Assembly (NCBI GenBank): GCA_050115495.1
Contig: JASFQK010000002.1
Coordinates: 1-64,000, forward strand
Reading direction: 5' to 3'
Source of the DNA: Phycisphaerae bacterium
GTDB taxonomy: Bacteria > Planctomycetota > Phycisphaerae > UBA1845 > Fen-1342
Length of the DNA stretch: 64,000 nt
Of the stretch, positions 19,310 to 30,024 are shown piece after piece; within the stretch, counting starts at the first letter, position 1, and every line of letters begins with the position of its first letter. The notes below the pieces were generated by a model. It made no database searches. It had not been told where the DNA came from and worked only from the letters and a program-made list of their open reading frames with translations. Made by a program: the position numbers and the translations under genes.

Positions 19310-20404
19310 TCAGCGGCCCGCCGTGAAGAACTCCTTGATGCTGTCGTAGATGTCGTCCTTGGTGTTGACCCGCGTGGTGACCATGTTCTCGGCGTCGGAG
19401 AGCTGCTCGCGGAGCGTGTTGATGAACGCCCCACTGCCGTAGGCGCTGGCCACCTGGCAGTAGCCGAACTGGTTCGCCACCGGCAACAGATGCTCCTTGA
19501 GAATGGCGCAGCAGTCGCGCGAGTCGGACTCCGACGAGTTGTCGCCGTCGGAGAAATGGAACAGGTAGATGTTCCACTCGTCCGGGTTGTAGTGCTTGTC
19601 CAGCAGATCCTGGCAGCAGCGGAAGGCGCTCGAGATCTTCGTGCCGCCGTCTTCGCGGATGTGGAAGAACGTCTCGCGATCGACCTCCTGGGCGTGGACG
19701 TCGTGCACGATGTAGCGGCTCTCGATGCCCTCGTAGTTCCGCCGGAGCCAGGCGTCGATCCAGAAGGCTTCCAGGCGCACGAGCTCTTTCTGCTCGTGGC
19801 CCATCGAGCCGGACACGTCCATCATGTAGACGATCGCCGCGTTGGCGTCGGGTTTCTTGACCGGCTTCCAGCTCCGGTAAACCTTGTCGCTGCGCTCGAA
19901 GATGATCGTCGGGTTGTTCGGGTCGTACATGCCCGACATGATCATTCGCCGCAGCGCCCGGCGGAACGTGCGCTTGAAGTGGCGCAGCGACTCGGGGCCG
20001 GTCTGGCGGATGCTGCTGTAGCGGTCCTTGACGCTGGTGATGCTGTGCTTGCCCTTGGGCTGGATGCGGGGCAGCTCGAGCTCTTCGCCGAGGATGTCGG
20101 CCAATTCATCGAGCGTGATATCGACTTCGAGAATGTGCCGCCCGGGATCGGTGCCGCCGGGGCCGATCCCGGCCTCGTCGCCGTCCACCGCCTGCCCGGG
20201 CTGTCCGTCGCCCTGTCCGACGCCGGCGTCGTTATTGTCGCCGTAGCGGAAGTGTGGCAGGTCGATCCCGCGCACGGGGATGCTGATGAGGTGCTTACCC
20301 TCCTTGCCGATGAGCTCGCCATGCGTCAGGAACCGGCGCAGATCCTTGCGGATCCGTCCCTTGACGATCTGCCGGAAGCGCTGATGGTCCTTTTGAATCT
20401 TCAT
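19310..20404 (-). CDS. yeaH: DUF444 YeaH/YhbH vWA-domain protein
   Basis: DHQRFRQIV, ELELPRIQPK, MMDVSGSM MIDAS, GGTKISSA, YLFHFSDGDN. Confidence 0.92.
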   Translation of the reverse strand: MKIQKDHQRFRQIVKGRIRKDLRRFLTHGELIGKEGKHLISIPVRGIDLPHFRYGDNNDAGVGQGDGQPGQAVDGDEAGIGPGGTDPGRHILEVDITLDELADILGEELELPRIQPKGKHSITSVKDRYSSIRQTGPESLRHFKRTFRRALRRMIMSGMYDPNNPTIIFERSDKVYRSWKPVKKPDANAAIVYMMDVSGSMGHEQKELVRLEAFWIDAWLRRNYEGIESRYIVHDVHAQEVDRETFFHIREDGGTKISSAFRCCQDLLDKHYNPDEWNIYLFHFSDGDNSSESDSRDCCAILKEHLLPVANQFGYCQVASAYGSGAFINTLREQLSDAENMVTTRVNTKDDIYDSIKEFFTAGR

Positions 20405-20414
20405 GGCTTAAAGA

Positions 20415-20446
20415 AGGCAACGAGGCAACAAGGCAGCGAGGCACAG
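20415..20446. repeat. Short tandem repeat, four imperfect 8-mers (AGGCAACG)
   Basis: aggcaacg aggcaaca aggcagcg aggcacag between prkA and yeaH. Confidence 0.6.
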
Positions 20447-20480
20447 AAGCGAGCCCGGCACGCCGGGGTGGCGCGACGAC

Positions 20481-22541
<2,061 letters not shown>

Positions 22542-22711
22542 CAGTTCGTCTCCCTGACGGTTCGCAGCACGTCGGCGCCCACAACTGCGGCGCCGAAACC
22601 GGTCCCGGCTACTCACGCTCGCCTGCGCCTGGGATGGCGCTGGCCGGGCGTTTGATGCTAGATGCCCCGATAACCTGCGTCAACGTTTATCGCGGCTTCT
22701 ACGCGCTTGCC

Positions 22712-22738
22712 TTATCGACTCTTCTGCGAGCACTCTTG
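22712..22738 (-). promoter_or_regulatory. Putative sigma28-type promoter of prkA-yeaH
   Basis: Minus strand (G)CAAG-N15-GTCGATAA. Confidence 0.6.
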
Positions 22739-22758
22739 CGGACTCCTCCCGACACCCC

Positions 22759-23202
22759 CTACGGCTCATCCGGAGCGGCCGCGCCCACGTTCTCCGAGCC
22801 GCAGAACGGACACCGAACAACATCCCCCTGCACGTCCGGCACGAATTCCTTGCCGCACCGGGGATCCAGGCAGCGCCACAGTGCCCAGCAAGATCGCTGC
22901 TTGCACTGGGGGCAATCCACGGGGTACCGCGTCCCCGGCTCGATCTGCATCGTGCCGATGTAGCCGCACTCCTCGCGGATGCACTTCACCTTCACCGGCA
23001 CCTTCCTCGTCGGCACGCTCGTCCCCGGACCCAGCGCTTCGTACAACCACACCGCCCCCGCCACCAGCATGACGCCCACCACGCTCAACGTGATGGCCCG
23101 CCGCCGCCGCCGGCGCGCAGTCACACCGATCTCCACATCGCCCGACCGCGACAGCACCGACCGGTAGTCGGCGAATGCGCTGCGTTTCCTCCGATCGTAC
23201 AT
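22759..23202 (-). CDS. Membrane-anchored protein with a double zinc ribbon
   Basis: Arg cluster plus TM helix, then CxxxxC, CPQC, CxxxxC, CPFC. Confidence 0.7.
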   Translation of the reverse strand: MYDRRKRSAFADYRSVLSRSGDVEIGVTARRRRRRAITLSVVGVMLVAGAVWLYEALGPGTSVPTRKVPVKVKCIREECGYIGTMQIEPGTRYPVDCPQCKQRSCWALWRCLDPRCGKEFVPDVQGDVVRCPFCGSENVGAAAPDEP

Positions 23203-23338
23203 TCCCTGACGCTCCTCTACCGGATTATACGGCGGCGATGCGCGGTCGATACAGCCTGGGCGGACCGATGCTGTCCGGCTGCGACAATTCGCCCTATCAT
23301 GCCGCCATGACCTCCGCAAACCTCTCCGCGGTGATACG

Positions 23339-23839
23339 GTGAGCGGCCACCGCACCGGTATCGGCTACGACGTCCATCGGCTGGTCGCCGGCCGGCCCCT
23401 GCTGCTCGGCGGCGTTCGCGTCGCCCACGAGCGCGGCCTGCTCGGCCACAGCGACGCCGACGTCGTTCTGCACGCCATCTGCGACGCCCTGCTCGGGGCC
23501 GCGGGGCTCGGCGACATCGGCGAGTGGTTTCCCGACACCGACCCCGCCTTCGCCGGCGCCGACAGCCGGCGATTGCTCGCCGAGGTCCTGCGCCGCGTGG
23601 CGGCCGCCGGCTTCGCACCTGTCAACGTCGATCTCGTCATCCACGCCCAGGAGCCCAAGCTCGGGCTGGTCAAAGCCCAGATCCGCGACAGTCTGGCCGA
23701 TCTGCTGGCCCTGCCGCCCACCTGCGTCGGCGTGAAAGCGACGACGAACGAGGGCCTCGACGCCATCGGCCGCGGCGAGGCCATCGCCTGCTGGGCCACG
23801 GTCCTGCTGCAATCGGCCCCGATCGCCGGCGGAGCCTGA
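23339..23839 (+). CDS. ispF: 2-C-methyl-D-erythritol 2,4-cyclodiphosphate synthase
   Basis: [35 protein letters not shown]. Confidence 0.96.
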   Translation: MSGHRTGIGYDVHRLVAGRPLLLGGVRVAHERGLLGHSDADVVLHAICDALLGAAGLGDIGEWFPDTDPAFAGADSRRLLAEVLRRVAAAGFAPVNVDLVIHAQEPKLGLVKAQIRDSLADLLALPPTCVGVKATTNEGLDAIGRGEAIACWATVLLQSAPIAGGA

Positions 23840-23991
23840 GCCCGGCGTCGCCATCGGGCTGCTTCGGGGCCACCGGGCGGGCTCACCGGCCCGATGGACG
23901 TGCCTGTTCAGAACAGCTAGGATTCCGGCGCTCGGTCCGCGACCGGCGCGGGCGGCCGGGCAGCTCCGGCACATAGAGGCGAAAGCACAGC

Positions 23992-25089
23992 TTGTCTCCG
24001 GCCTGGCTCGTCATCGATGCGCTCGTTCGCAACTGGGCGCTCGTCGCCATCATCTCCACGATGATCATCCTCACTATCGTGCCGTCCCTCATCCTCATGA
24101 AGTACGTGCGCATCTCACTCAACATCATGCGCACCACCAAGCCCCCGCTCGCTCGCGGCCCGCTCGATTTCTCCCCGCTCGAAGGCGAACCGGTGACCTT
24201 CCCGGCGTATGACGGCCTGCCACTGGCCGGCATGATCATCCGAGCCGACCCCGACGTTCCTCACCGCGGTTTGGTGCTGTTCGCCCACGAGTTCTGCTCG
24301 AACATGCACTCGAACGCCCGCTACTGCCGGCCGCTGCTTCAGGCCGGGTACGACATCTTCACCTTCGACTTCCGCGGCCACGGGCAATCCGCCTGCGCCC
24401 CCGACTACGTTCCGCGGCAGTGGGTCACGAATTACGACCTCGACGACGCCCGCGGTGCGGTGGCCTTCATTCAGAGCTGGCTGGAAGAGCAGGGCCGCCC
24501 GCCCGAGATCGGTGCGTTCGGCATTTCCCGCGGGGCCTGCGCTGCCATCCTGGTCGCCGCCGAGAACCCCCAGGTCAAGGCCATCGTGGCCGACGGTGCG
24601 TACAGCACCGACATGACCATCGAGTACTTCATGAAGCGCTGGGCGTACATTTTCGCCAGGGTGCGCATGGTGTACGAGAACCACCCGCCGGTCTTCTGGC
24701 GCTTCCTGCGCTGGGCGATGATGCACTTCGCCCGGCGTGAGTTCAAATGCCGCTTCCCGTCGGTGCGCAAGGTCATCCAGAAGATGCGGCCGCGGCCGAT
24801 CCTGTTCATCCACGGCGAGAAGGACTCGTACCTGCCCGTTGAGCAGAGCAGCCGCCGGCTGTACGCCCTGGCTGGCCAGCCGAAATACCTCTGGATTGCC
24901 CCCGAGGCCCGCCACAACCAGGCTGTCGCGCGTCATCCGGAGTTATATGCCTGGATGATCAGAAGCTTCTTCGATCGGCACCTGGCCGCGGCCCCGCCGG
25001 CCCATCATGAGACACCGGCGGCGGAGCGACCGCGAGCCGCGTCGATCCGCACCCGCCGGTCGGCCAGCCGCCTGGCCACCCGCACCTGA
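23992..25089 (+). CDS. Membrane-anchored alpha/beta hydrolase
   Basis: N-terminal TM; FDFRGHGQS, GISRG nucleophile elbow, IHGEKD, ARHN; start codon (TTG) uncertain. Confidence 0.85.
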   Translation: MSPAWLVIDALVRNWALVAIISTMIILTIVPSLILMKYVRISLNIMRTTKPPLARGPLDFSPLEGEPVTFPAYDGLPLAGMIIRADPDVPHRGLVLFAHEFCSNMHSNARYCRPLLQAGYDIFTFDFRGHGQSACAPDYVPRQWVTNYDLDDARGAVAFIQSWLEEQGRPPEIGAFGISRGACAAILVAAENPQVKAIVADGAYSTDMTIEYFMKRWAYIFARVRMVYENHPPVFWRFLRWAMMHFARREFKCRFPSVRKVIQKMRPRPILFIHGEKDSYLPVEQSSRRLYALAGQPKYLWIAPEARHNQAVARHPELYAWMIRSFFDRHLAAAPPAHHETPAAERPRAASIRTRRSASRLATRT

Positions 25090-25103
25090 TTCCGGGCAGC
25101 GCC

Positions 25104-26759
25104 ATGCCCTCCCTGTTGGACCACGTTACCGCCCGCCTCGCCGCCTTTCATGCCCGGCGAGTCTACGGTCGTTTCGCCCGCGCCCTGGCTCGCGTTCGGC
25201 AGGAGCAGACGTGGGCCATGCAGCGGGCGCTGCGTCTCGTCAGCAGCAGTGAGTTTGGGCGTCAGCATGATCTCGCCCGCGTGCACGCTCCCGACGACCT
25301 TCGGCGAGCCGTGCCGCTTCAGACGTATGACCAGCTCAGTCCGTGGCTCGACCGCGTGTGGGACGGGGATACCGGGGCCCTCTTTGCCCCGGGGCAGGCG
25401 ATCCTCATGTTCGCGTCCAGCAGCGGCACGACCGCCCGACCGAAGCGAATCCCCGTAACCCCGGAGTTCGTCAAGGATTACCGCCGGGGCTGGAACACCT
25501 TCGGCCTCAAAATGCTCAGTGATCACCCGCGCGCTATCCTCCGGCCCATCCTCCAGGGCAGCGGGCGGCTCGACGAGAGCCACTCGCCGACGGGCGTGCC
25601 CTGCGGGGCGATCACCGGCCTGCTGGCCCGCACGCAGAAGCGGATCGTTCGGCGGTATTACGTTGGCCGGCCTGAGGTTGCGCATCTGGATGAACCGCGT
25701 GCGCGGTATTACACGCTCGTTCGCCTGGGGATTGTCCGGGATGTCGCCTTCGCGATTACGGCGAACCCCGCCACCCTCATCCAGATGGCCAAGACCGCCG
25801 CCGAGGAGGCGGACGCGCTGATTCGCGACGTCCACGATGGCACGCTGTCATCAACGATCGTGCCCGAGCCTAGCCTGCGGGCGACGCTCTCAGCCGGCCT
25901 GCGGCCCTCTCCGGCCCGCGCCGCCGAGCTGGACCGGCTGCGACACGCGCACGGCGTGCTCCGGCCGCGCGAGTTCTGGGACCTTGTCTTCCTGGCCTGC
26001 TGGACGGGCGGCAGTATGGGGCACTATCTACCCCGATTGCGCGATTGGTACGGCCCGCTGCCCGTCCGCGACGTCGGGCTGCTGGCCAGCGAGGGGCGGG
26101 TCAGCATCCCACTGGCCGACGATTCAGCCGCCGGCGTGGTGGACGCGCAATCTGCGCTGTTTGAATTCATCCCCGCCGAGCAGGCCCTCGACGCCGACCC
26201 GGACACGCTCTGGGCCTGGGAGGTCGAGCCGGGCCGCGAGTACGCGGTGGTTCTGACGAACACTGCCGGTCTCGTTCGCTACCGGTTGGACGATGTTGTG
26301 CGCGTGCACGGGTGGGAAGGGCAGGCTCCGGTCATCGAATTCCTGCATCGCGCCGGGCGAATTTCTTCCGTGGCCGGAGAAAAAATCACAGAGCACCAAG
26401 TGGTCGAAGCGGTCCATCAGGCGTGCGACAAACTTGGTATTCAGGGCTTGGAATTCATTGTCGCTCCGCAATGGGATGATCCTCCGTTTTATCGCTTGAG
26501 CGTCGAGGGAGCGGCTCCGGACGATCTCGCGATGGAGGTGGATGCGGCGCTATGCGCGCAGAATGAGGAGTACGCGTCCCGCCGCAAGTCACGTCGCCTC
26601 GGCGTGTTACAGACTCGCTCGCTTCCCGGGGGGGCGATCGTGGCGATGGACCGCGCGCTCATCGCTCGCCGGCGTTCGACATCGGAGCAGTACAAGCGCC
26701 CGTGCCTGTTCACGCAGCCCGGGGAGGACGATCAGGCCCTCTCCGCAATCTCCCAGTAA
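25104..26759 (+). CDS. GH3 auxin-responsive-family acyl acid amido synthetase-like protein
   Basis: SSSGTT..PKRIP, LASEG and LVRYRLDDVV motifs; GEKITE. Confidence 0.88.
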   Translation: MPSLLDHVTARLAAFHARRVYGRFARALARVRQEQTWAMQRALRLVSSSEFGRQHDLARVHAPDDLRRAVPLQTYDQLSPWLDRVWDGDTGALFAPGQAILMFASSSGTTARPKRIPVTPEFVKDYRRGWNTFGLKMLSDHPRAILRPILQGSGRLDESHSPTGVPCGAITGLLARTQKRIVRRYYVGRPEVAHLDEPRARYYTLVRLGIVRDVAFAITANPATLIQMAKTAAEEADALIRDVHDGTLSSTIVPEPSLRATLSAGLRPSPARAAELDRLRHAHGVLRPREFWDLVFLACWTGGSMGHYLPRLRDWYGPLPVRDVGLLASEGRVSIPLADDSAAGVVDAQSALFEFIPAEQALDADPDTLWAWEVEPGREYAVVLTNTAGLVRYRLDDVVRVHGWEGQAPVIEFLHRAGRISSVAGEKITEHQVVEAVHQACDKLGIQGLEFIVAPQWDDPPFYRLSVEGAAPDDLAMEVDAALCAQNEEYASRRKSRRLGVLQTRSLPGGAIVAMDRALIARRRSTSEQYKRPCLFTQPGEDDQALSAISQ

Positions 26760-27073
26760 TCCTACCCACTTTAACATTGTGTCGTGAACCGCATGACCGG
26801 TTTGTTAATCTATCCGGTCTCTGGATCTTTTCAGGTTCCTATAATTGACACAGTTTAACTTGTGTGTTATACATCTGGGTAAGATAGGTAAGGTTGATGA
26901 GCCATCGAACTGTGATTTTGACTAAAGAGGCAAACGCGCACGGTTCGATAAGCCAATAAGCTCGAAGTCTGGGAGAAGGAGTCGGCGAGTAGTCAACAGC
27001 GCCCACCCTTACAAGTAGTAGGAAGCCCCGGGACATGCCGCTCAAAGGGTGGGGAGAGCGGGAGGCAAGGAAC

Positions 27074-27847
27074 GTGAAAGTCGCAAAGCAGAAGGAAGGT
27101 AGGATCGCCACCCTCTGGCGGAAGTACCACCGAACGCACGCCGTCGAAGCCCGCAACGAACTCGTCGAACATTACATGCCGTTGGTCAACAAGCTCGCGG
27201 AGATCATCGCCCGCCGGCTGTGGCCGCGCGTGACGGCCGACGAGTTGGCCAGCGCCGGTTACGACGGGCTGATCGCCGCCGTGACGAGCTTCGATCCCGC
27301 GCGTGGCGTGAAGTTCGAGACATTCTGTCGCCAGCGCATCCTCGGTGCGATCCGCGACTGGCAGCGGGAGATCGACCCGCTCGGCCGCTCGGGTCGCAAC
27401 TTCGAGCGCGCCCTCAACGGCGCCGAAGAGCGCTTCCAGGCCGAGCGCGGCCGGGCCCCGACGTCGTCGGAGCTCGCCCGCAAGATGGGCTTATCCCTCG
27501 GCAAGTTCATCAAGATGAAGAGAACGGTGCTCGCGTCGCACTGCGTGCCGCTCGAATCCACGAGCGACCGCAGCGACGACCCCCGCATCGGCTCGCTCGT
27601 CCCCGCCGACCCCGCCCCAGGGCCTATGCACCACACCGAACGCGAACTCATCCGCGAGTATCTCACTCGCGGCCTGAAAGAGCAGGATCGCTTGATCCTC
27701 ACGCTCTACTACTACGAAAAACTGACGATGGCCGCGATCGGCGCCGTGCTCGGCGTCAGCGAGTCACGCGTCTGCCAGCGCCACGCGGAGATCATGGACC
27801 AACTGCGGGCCCGGTTTGCGGACACGGCCTGCGACCTCGTAGCTTGA
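27074..27847 (+). CDS. FliA/WhiG-family (sigma28) RNA polymerase sigma factor
   Basis: LVEHYMPLV, FDPARGVKFETF, RILGAIRD, LYYYEKLTMAAIGAVLGVSESRVCQ; GTG start after GGAGG. Confidence 0.92.
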   Translation: MKVAKQKEGRIATLWRKYHRTHAVEARNELVEHYMPLVNKLAEIIARRLWPRVTADELASAGYDGLIAAVTSFDPARGVKFETFCRQRILGAIRDWQREIDPLGRSGRNFERALNGAEERFQAERGRAPTSSELARKMGLSLGKFIKMKRTVLASHCVPLESTSDRSDDPRIGSLVPADPAPGPMHHTERELIREYLTRGLKEQDRLILTLYYYEKLTMAAIGAVLGVSESRVCQRHAEIMDQLRARFADTACDLVA

Positions 27848-27878
27848 ACTCTCATCGTGTCTGGTACCTCCCTCTCCG

Positions 27879-27921
27879 GCCGGAGGCCCCGGTAAATGAC
27901 GGGTCCTCCGGCTTGCTTTTT
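27879..27921 (+). terminator. Intrinsic terminator after the sigma28 gene
   Basis: GCCGGAGGcCCCG-loop-CGGGtCCTCCGGC followed by TTGCTTTTT. Confidence 0.7.
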
Positions 27922-28026
27922 GCCATCGATGGGTTGATTGACGCGCTGACGTGAAAGGGGACAGGCACTGGTCCGTGTGCGGTCCCCGCCGGCTGTGCGC
28001 GGTCCGGGCTCGGAGCCAGTCCCCTT

Positions 28027-28578
28027 TTACTCCTCGCGCGGGGCCGCCGCCTGCTTCGCCAACTCTGCCTCGGCGGCTAGGGCTTGGCGGAGGTTCTCGT
28101 GCTTCGGTTCGTCCTCGAAGCCGTTGGCGCGCAGCTCCGCCAGGACGCGTTCGAGCGGCCAGCCCTCGACGTGCAGGCGATAGAGCCCCACGGCCAAGCC
28201 GGTGCGGTTCACGCCGGCGGCACAGTGCACCAGCCCCGGCCCGTCATCCGCCTCGCGCAGCCAGGCCAGGATCTGCCGCCGATCTTCCGGGGTGCTGGCC
28301 CCATTGCCGGGCAGGGGCACGTTGGACCAGGCCAGGCCCAGCCGCTCAGCCGCGGCCCGTTCCTCCTGCGTTTCGACCGCTGCCGGGTTCAGGAGGCAGA
28401 GCACCCGGCGGATGCCGTACTCGTCGCGGGCCCAGGCGAGCTGTGGGGGTGTCACGGAGCCGCAGCGATACAGCCGGCCGTCGACGACCGGGGCGAAGCG
28501 CTTCGGGTGGTCCGGCCAGACGAGCGTGAAGGCGAGCGAGCCCACAATGGCGGCCGCCAGCACGGCCCTCGTCAGCAT
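28027..28578 (-). CDS. Membrane-anchored/exported tyrosine or dual-specificity phosphatase
   Basis: N-terminal hydrophobic helix; VHCAAGVNRTG (CX5R) motif; alternative start at 28608. Confidence 0.85.
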   Translation of the reverse strand: MLTRAVLAAAIVGSLAFTLVWPDHPKRFAPVVDGRLYRCGSVTPPQLAWARDEYGIRRVLCLLNPAAVETQEERAAAERLGLAWSNVPLPGNGASTPEDRRQILAWLREADDGPGLVHCAAGVNRTGLAVGLYRLHVEGWPLERVLAELRANGFEDEPKHENLRQALAAEAELAKQAAAPREE

Positions 28579-28659
28579 CCGTCCGTGTCCATGAGTTATC
28601 GGTCTCATCCGTGCAACCTCCGCCGTCCGGGTCGGCAGTCTACCTTCTGCACCCAACAA

Positions 28660-28820
28660 ACCGAAGCGGCGTTGGCATTCCCTCCGTTCGTTTTCAACAC
28701 TCTCTTCGTCCGGGCCCGCGGTCCGGCGATGTCCTGGCGGCGGAGTCCGCCCGTCGCCGGGCGAGGCGGGTAACCGGATCGAATAGTTCGCCCTTCAGCG
28801 AACGGCGTGTCGATCACGCC
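28660..28820 (+). ncRNA. ssrS: Candidate 6S RNA
   Basis: Long irregular hairpin with G-U pairs valid only on the + strand; central 12/13-nt bubble; alternative 3' hairpin GTTCGC/GCGAAC; terminator directly downstream. Confidence 0.6.
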
Positions 28821-28878
28821 AAAAAATGACGGCCGTGCCCTGCTCGCTTACCGGCGGGCAGCGGCCGTCTTTTTTTTT
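28821..28878 (+). terminator. Intrinsic (possibly bidirectional) terminator
   Basis: A6-t-GACGGCCG-TGCCC...GGGCA-g-CGGCCGTC-T9. Confidence 0.75.
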
Positions 28879-28963
28879 GCCGTCACGCGAGTAGGATGCC
28901 CGACGTTTGGGTCGGAGCGGCTCGGCCGAGGCCGCCTTCCCGCGACCCTCGGACGGCGCTGCC

Positions 28964-29794
28964 ATGCTCACCTCACTCGACATCGTGATCTGGCTGGAAC
29001 TGGTGCTCGTGGGTGGGGCGGCCGGCGTGCTGGGTGGCCTGCTCGGCATCGGTGGGGGCATTATCATGATCCCTGCCCTCGCCGAGCTGCTACAGGACCG
29101 GTTCGGTCCCGATTCGTTTCACCTCTATAAATTGGCGGCCATCGCCACGTCCATCGTGCTGTCCATTCCGGCGGCGATCCGCCACAGCCGGGCCCGCGCC
29201 GTCGTCTTTCGGATGCTCCCCGGCATTCTGCCACTGGCGATTGTGGGAGTGCTGGTCGGCGTGGTCGGGGCGAGTTACCTCTCCGGCGAATACACGCGGC
29301 TGCTCAAAAACGTCTTCGGGGTGTTCCTGGAACTGGTGGTGGTTTTCAACATCTACCAAGCCCGGCGAGCCGCGCACGGCGAGGTTGCCTTCTGCAATTG
29401 CTGTCCAATGGCCAGCCGACGGGGGGTGCTTGGAACGATCGTCGGCCTTCCGGCGGGGCTCATCGCCGGCATGCTGGGCATCGGCGGCGGAGTGTGGGCG
29501 GTGCCCGCCCAGCGGCTGTTCCTGGGGATCCGTTTACGTAATGCCATTGCCAATTCAACACTTATGATCGTCGTCGTCGCGATGGCCACGGCGGTGACGC
29601 AGTCGGTAGCGGTTTCGCGGTTCCCGGGTGTGAACTTCCTGGATGGGTGGTATCTGGCGGCGGGGTTGGCTCCGGGAGCGCTTGTGGGGGGGTGGTGCGG
29701 GGCGGGGCTGACGCACCGGCTGCCGACGCAGTGGCTACGGTGGGTGTTCCTGGCGCTGCTGGTGGCGGGGGGCGTCCGGTTGATCCTGGCGTGA
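28964..29794 (+). CDS. Sulfite exporter TauE/SafE family membrane protein
   Basis: Two GxLGIGGG motifs, about 8 TM helices. Confidence 0.9.
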   Translation: MLTSLDIVIWLELVLVGGAAGVLGGLLGIGGGIIMIPALAELLQDRFGPDSFHLYKLAAIATSIVLSIPAAIRHSRARAVVFRMLPGILPLAIVGVLVGVVGASYLSGEYTRLLKNVFGVFLELVVVFNIYQARRAAHGEVAFCNCCPMASRRGVLGTIVGLPAGLIAGMLGIGGGVWAVPAQRLFLGIRLRNAIANSTLMIVVVAMATAVTQSVAVSRFPGVNFLDGWYLAAGLAPGALVGGWCGAGLTHRLPTQWLRWVFLALLVAGGVRLILA

Positions 29795-29847
29795 GGGGTG
29801 GTGACGGTCGGCCGCCAGAAAGCGGTTTCCTGGGGCGGGGCGGCCCG

Positions 29848-29876
29848 TTGCCGGGTTTGCAAATAGCTGTTATAGT
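29848..29876 (+). promoter_or_regulatory. sigma70 promoter of rpsA
   Basis: TTGCCG-N17-TATAGT with TGn extension. Confidence 0.55.
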
Positions 29877-30024
29877 GACGCGTTCGGCTCTTCAAGCCGC
29901 GCCAGGTGGTCTGGCGCGAGGAGCGCGCGTATTGCTGTTCGCCTGTTTGCCCTTGCTCTTCCCACGCAGTCGTGGTTCTCGGGGTGGGGCCGCTTGGCCT
30001 GCGGGCAATCCCTAGGAATGCTTC

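Noticed and set aside
23226..23252. Additional sigma28-like -10 elements (GTCGATAC at 23245, CTCGATAA at 45724)
   Set aside because: No CAAG/TAAAG element at the 15-nt spacing
26925..26975. GGCAAAC as a possible c-di-GMP-I riboswitch (also near 63215)
   Set aside because: No GNRA-capped P2 stem or GACGCAAAG/P3 element follows
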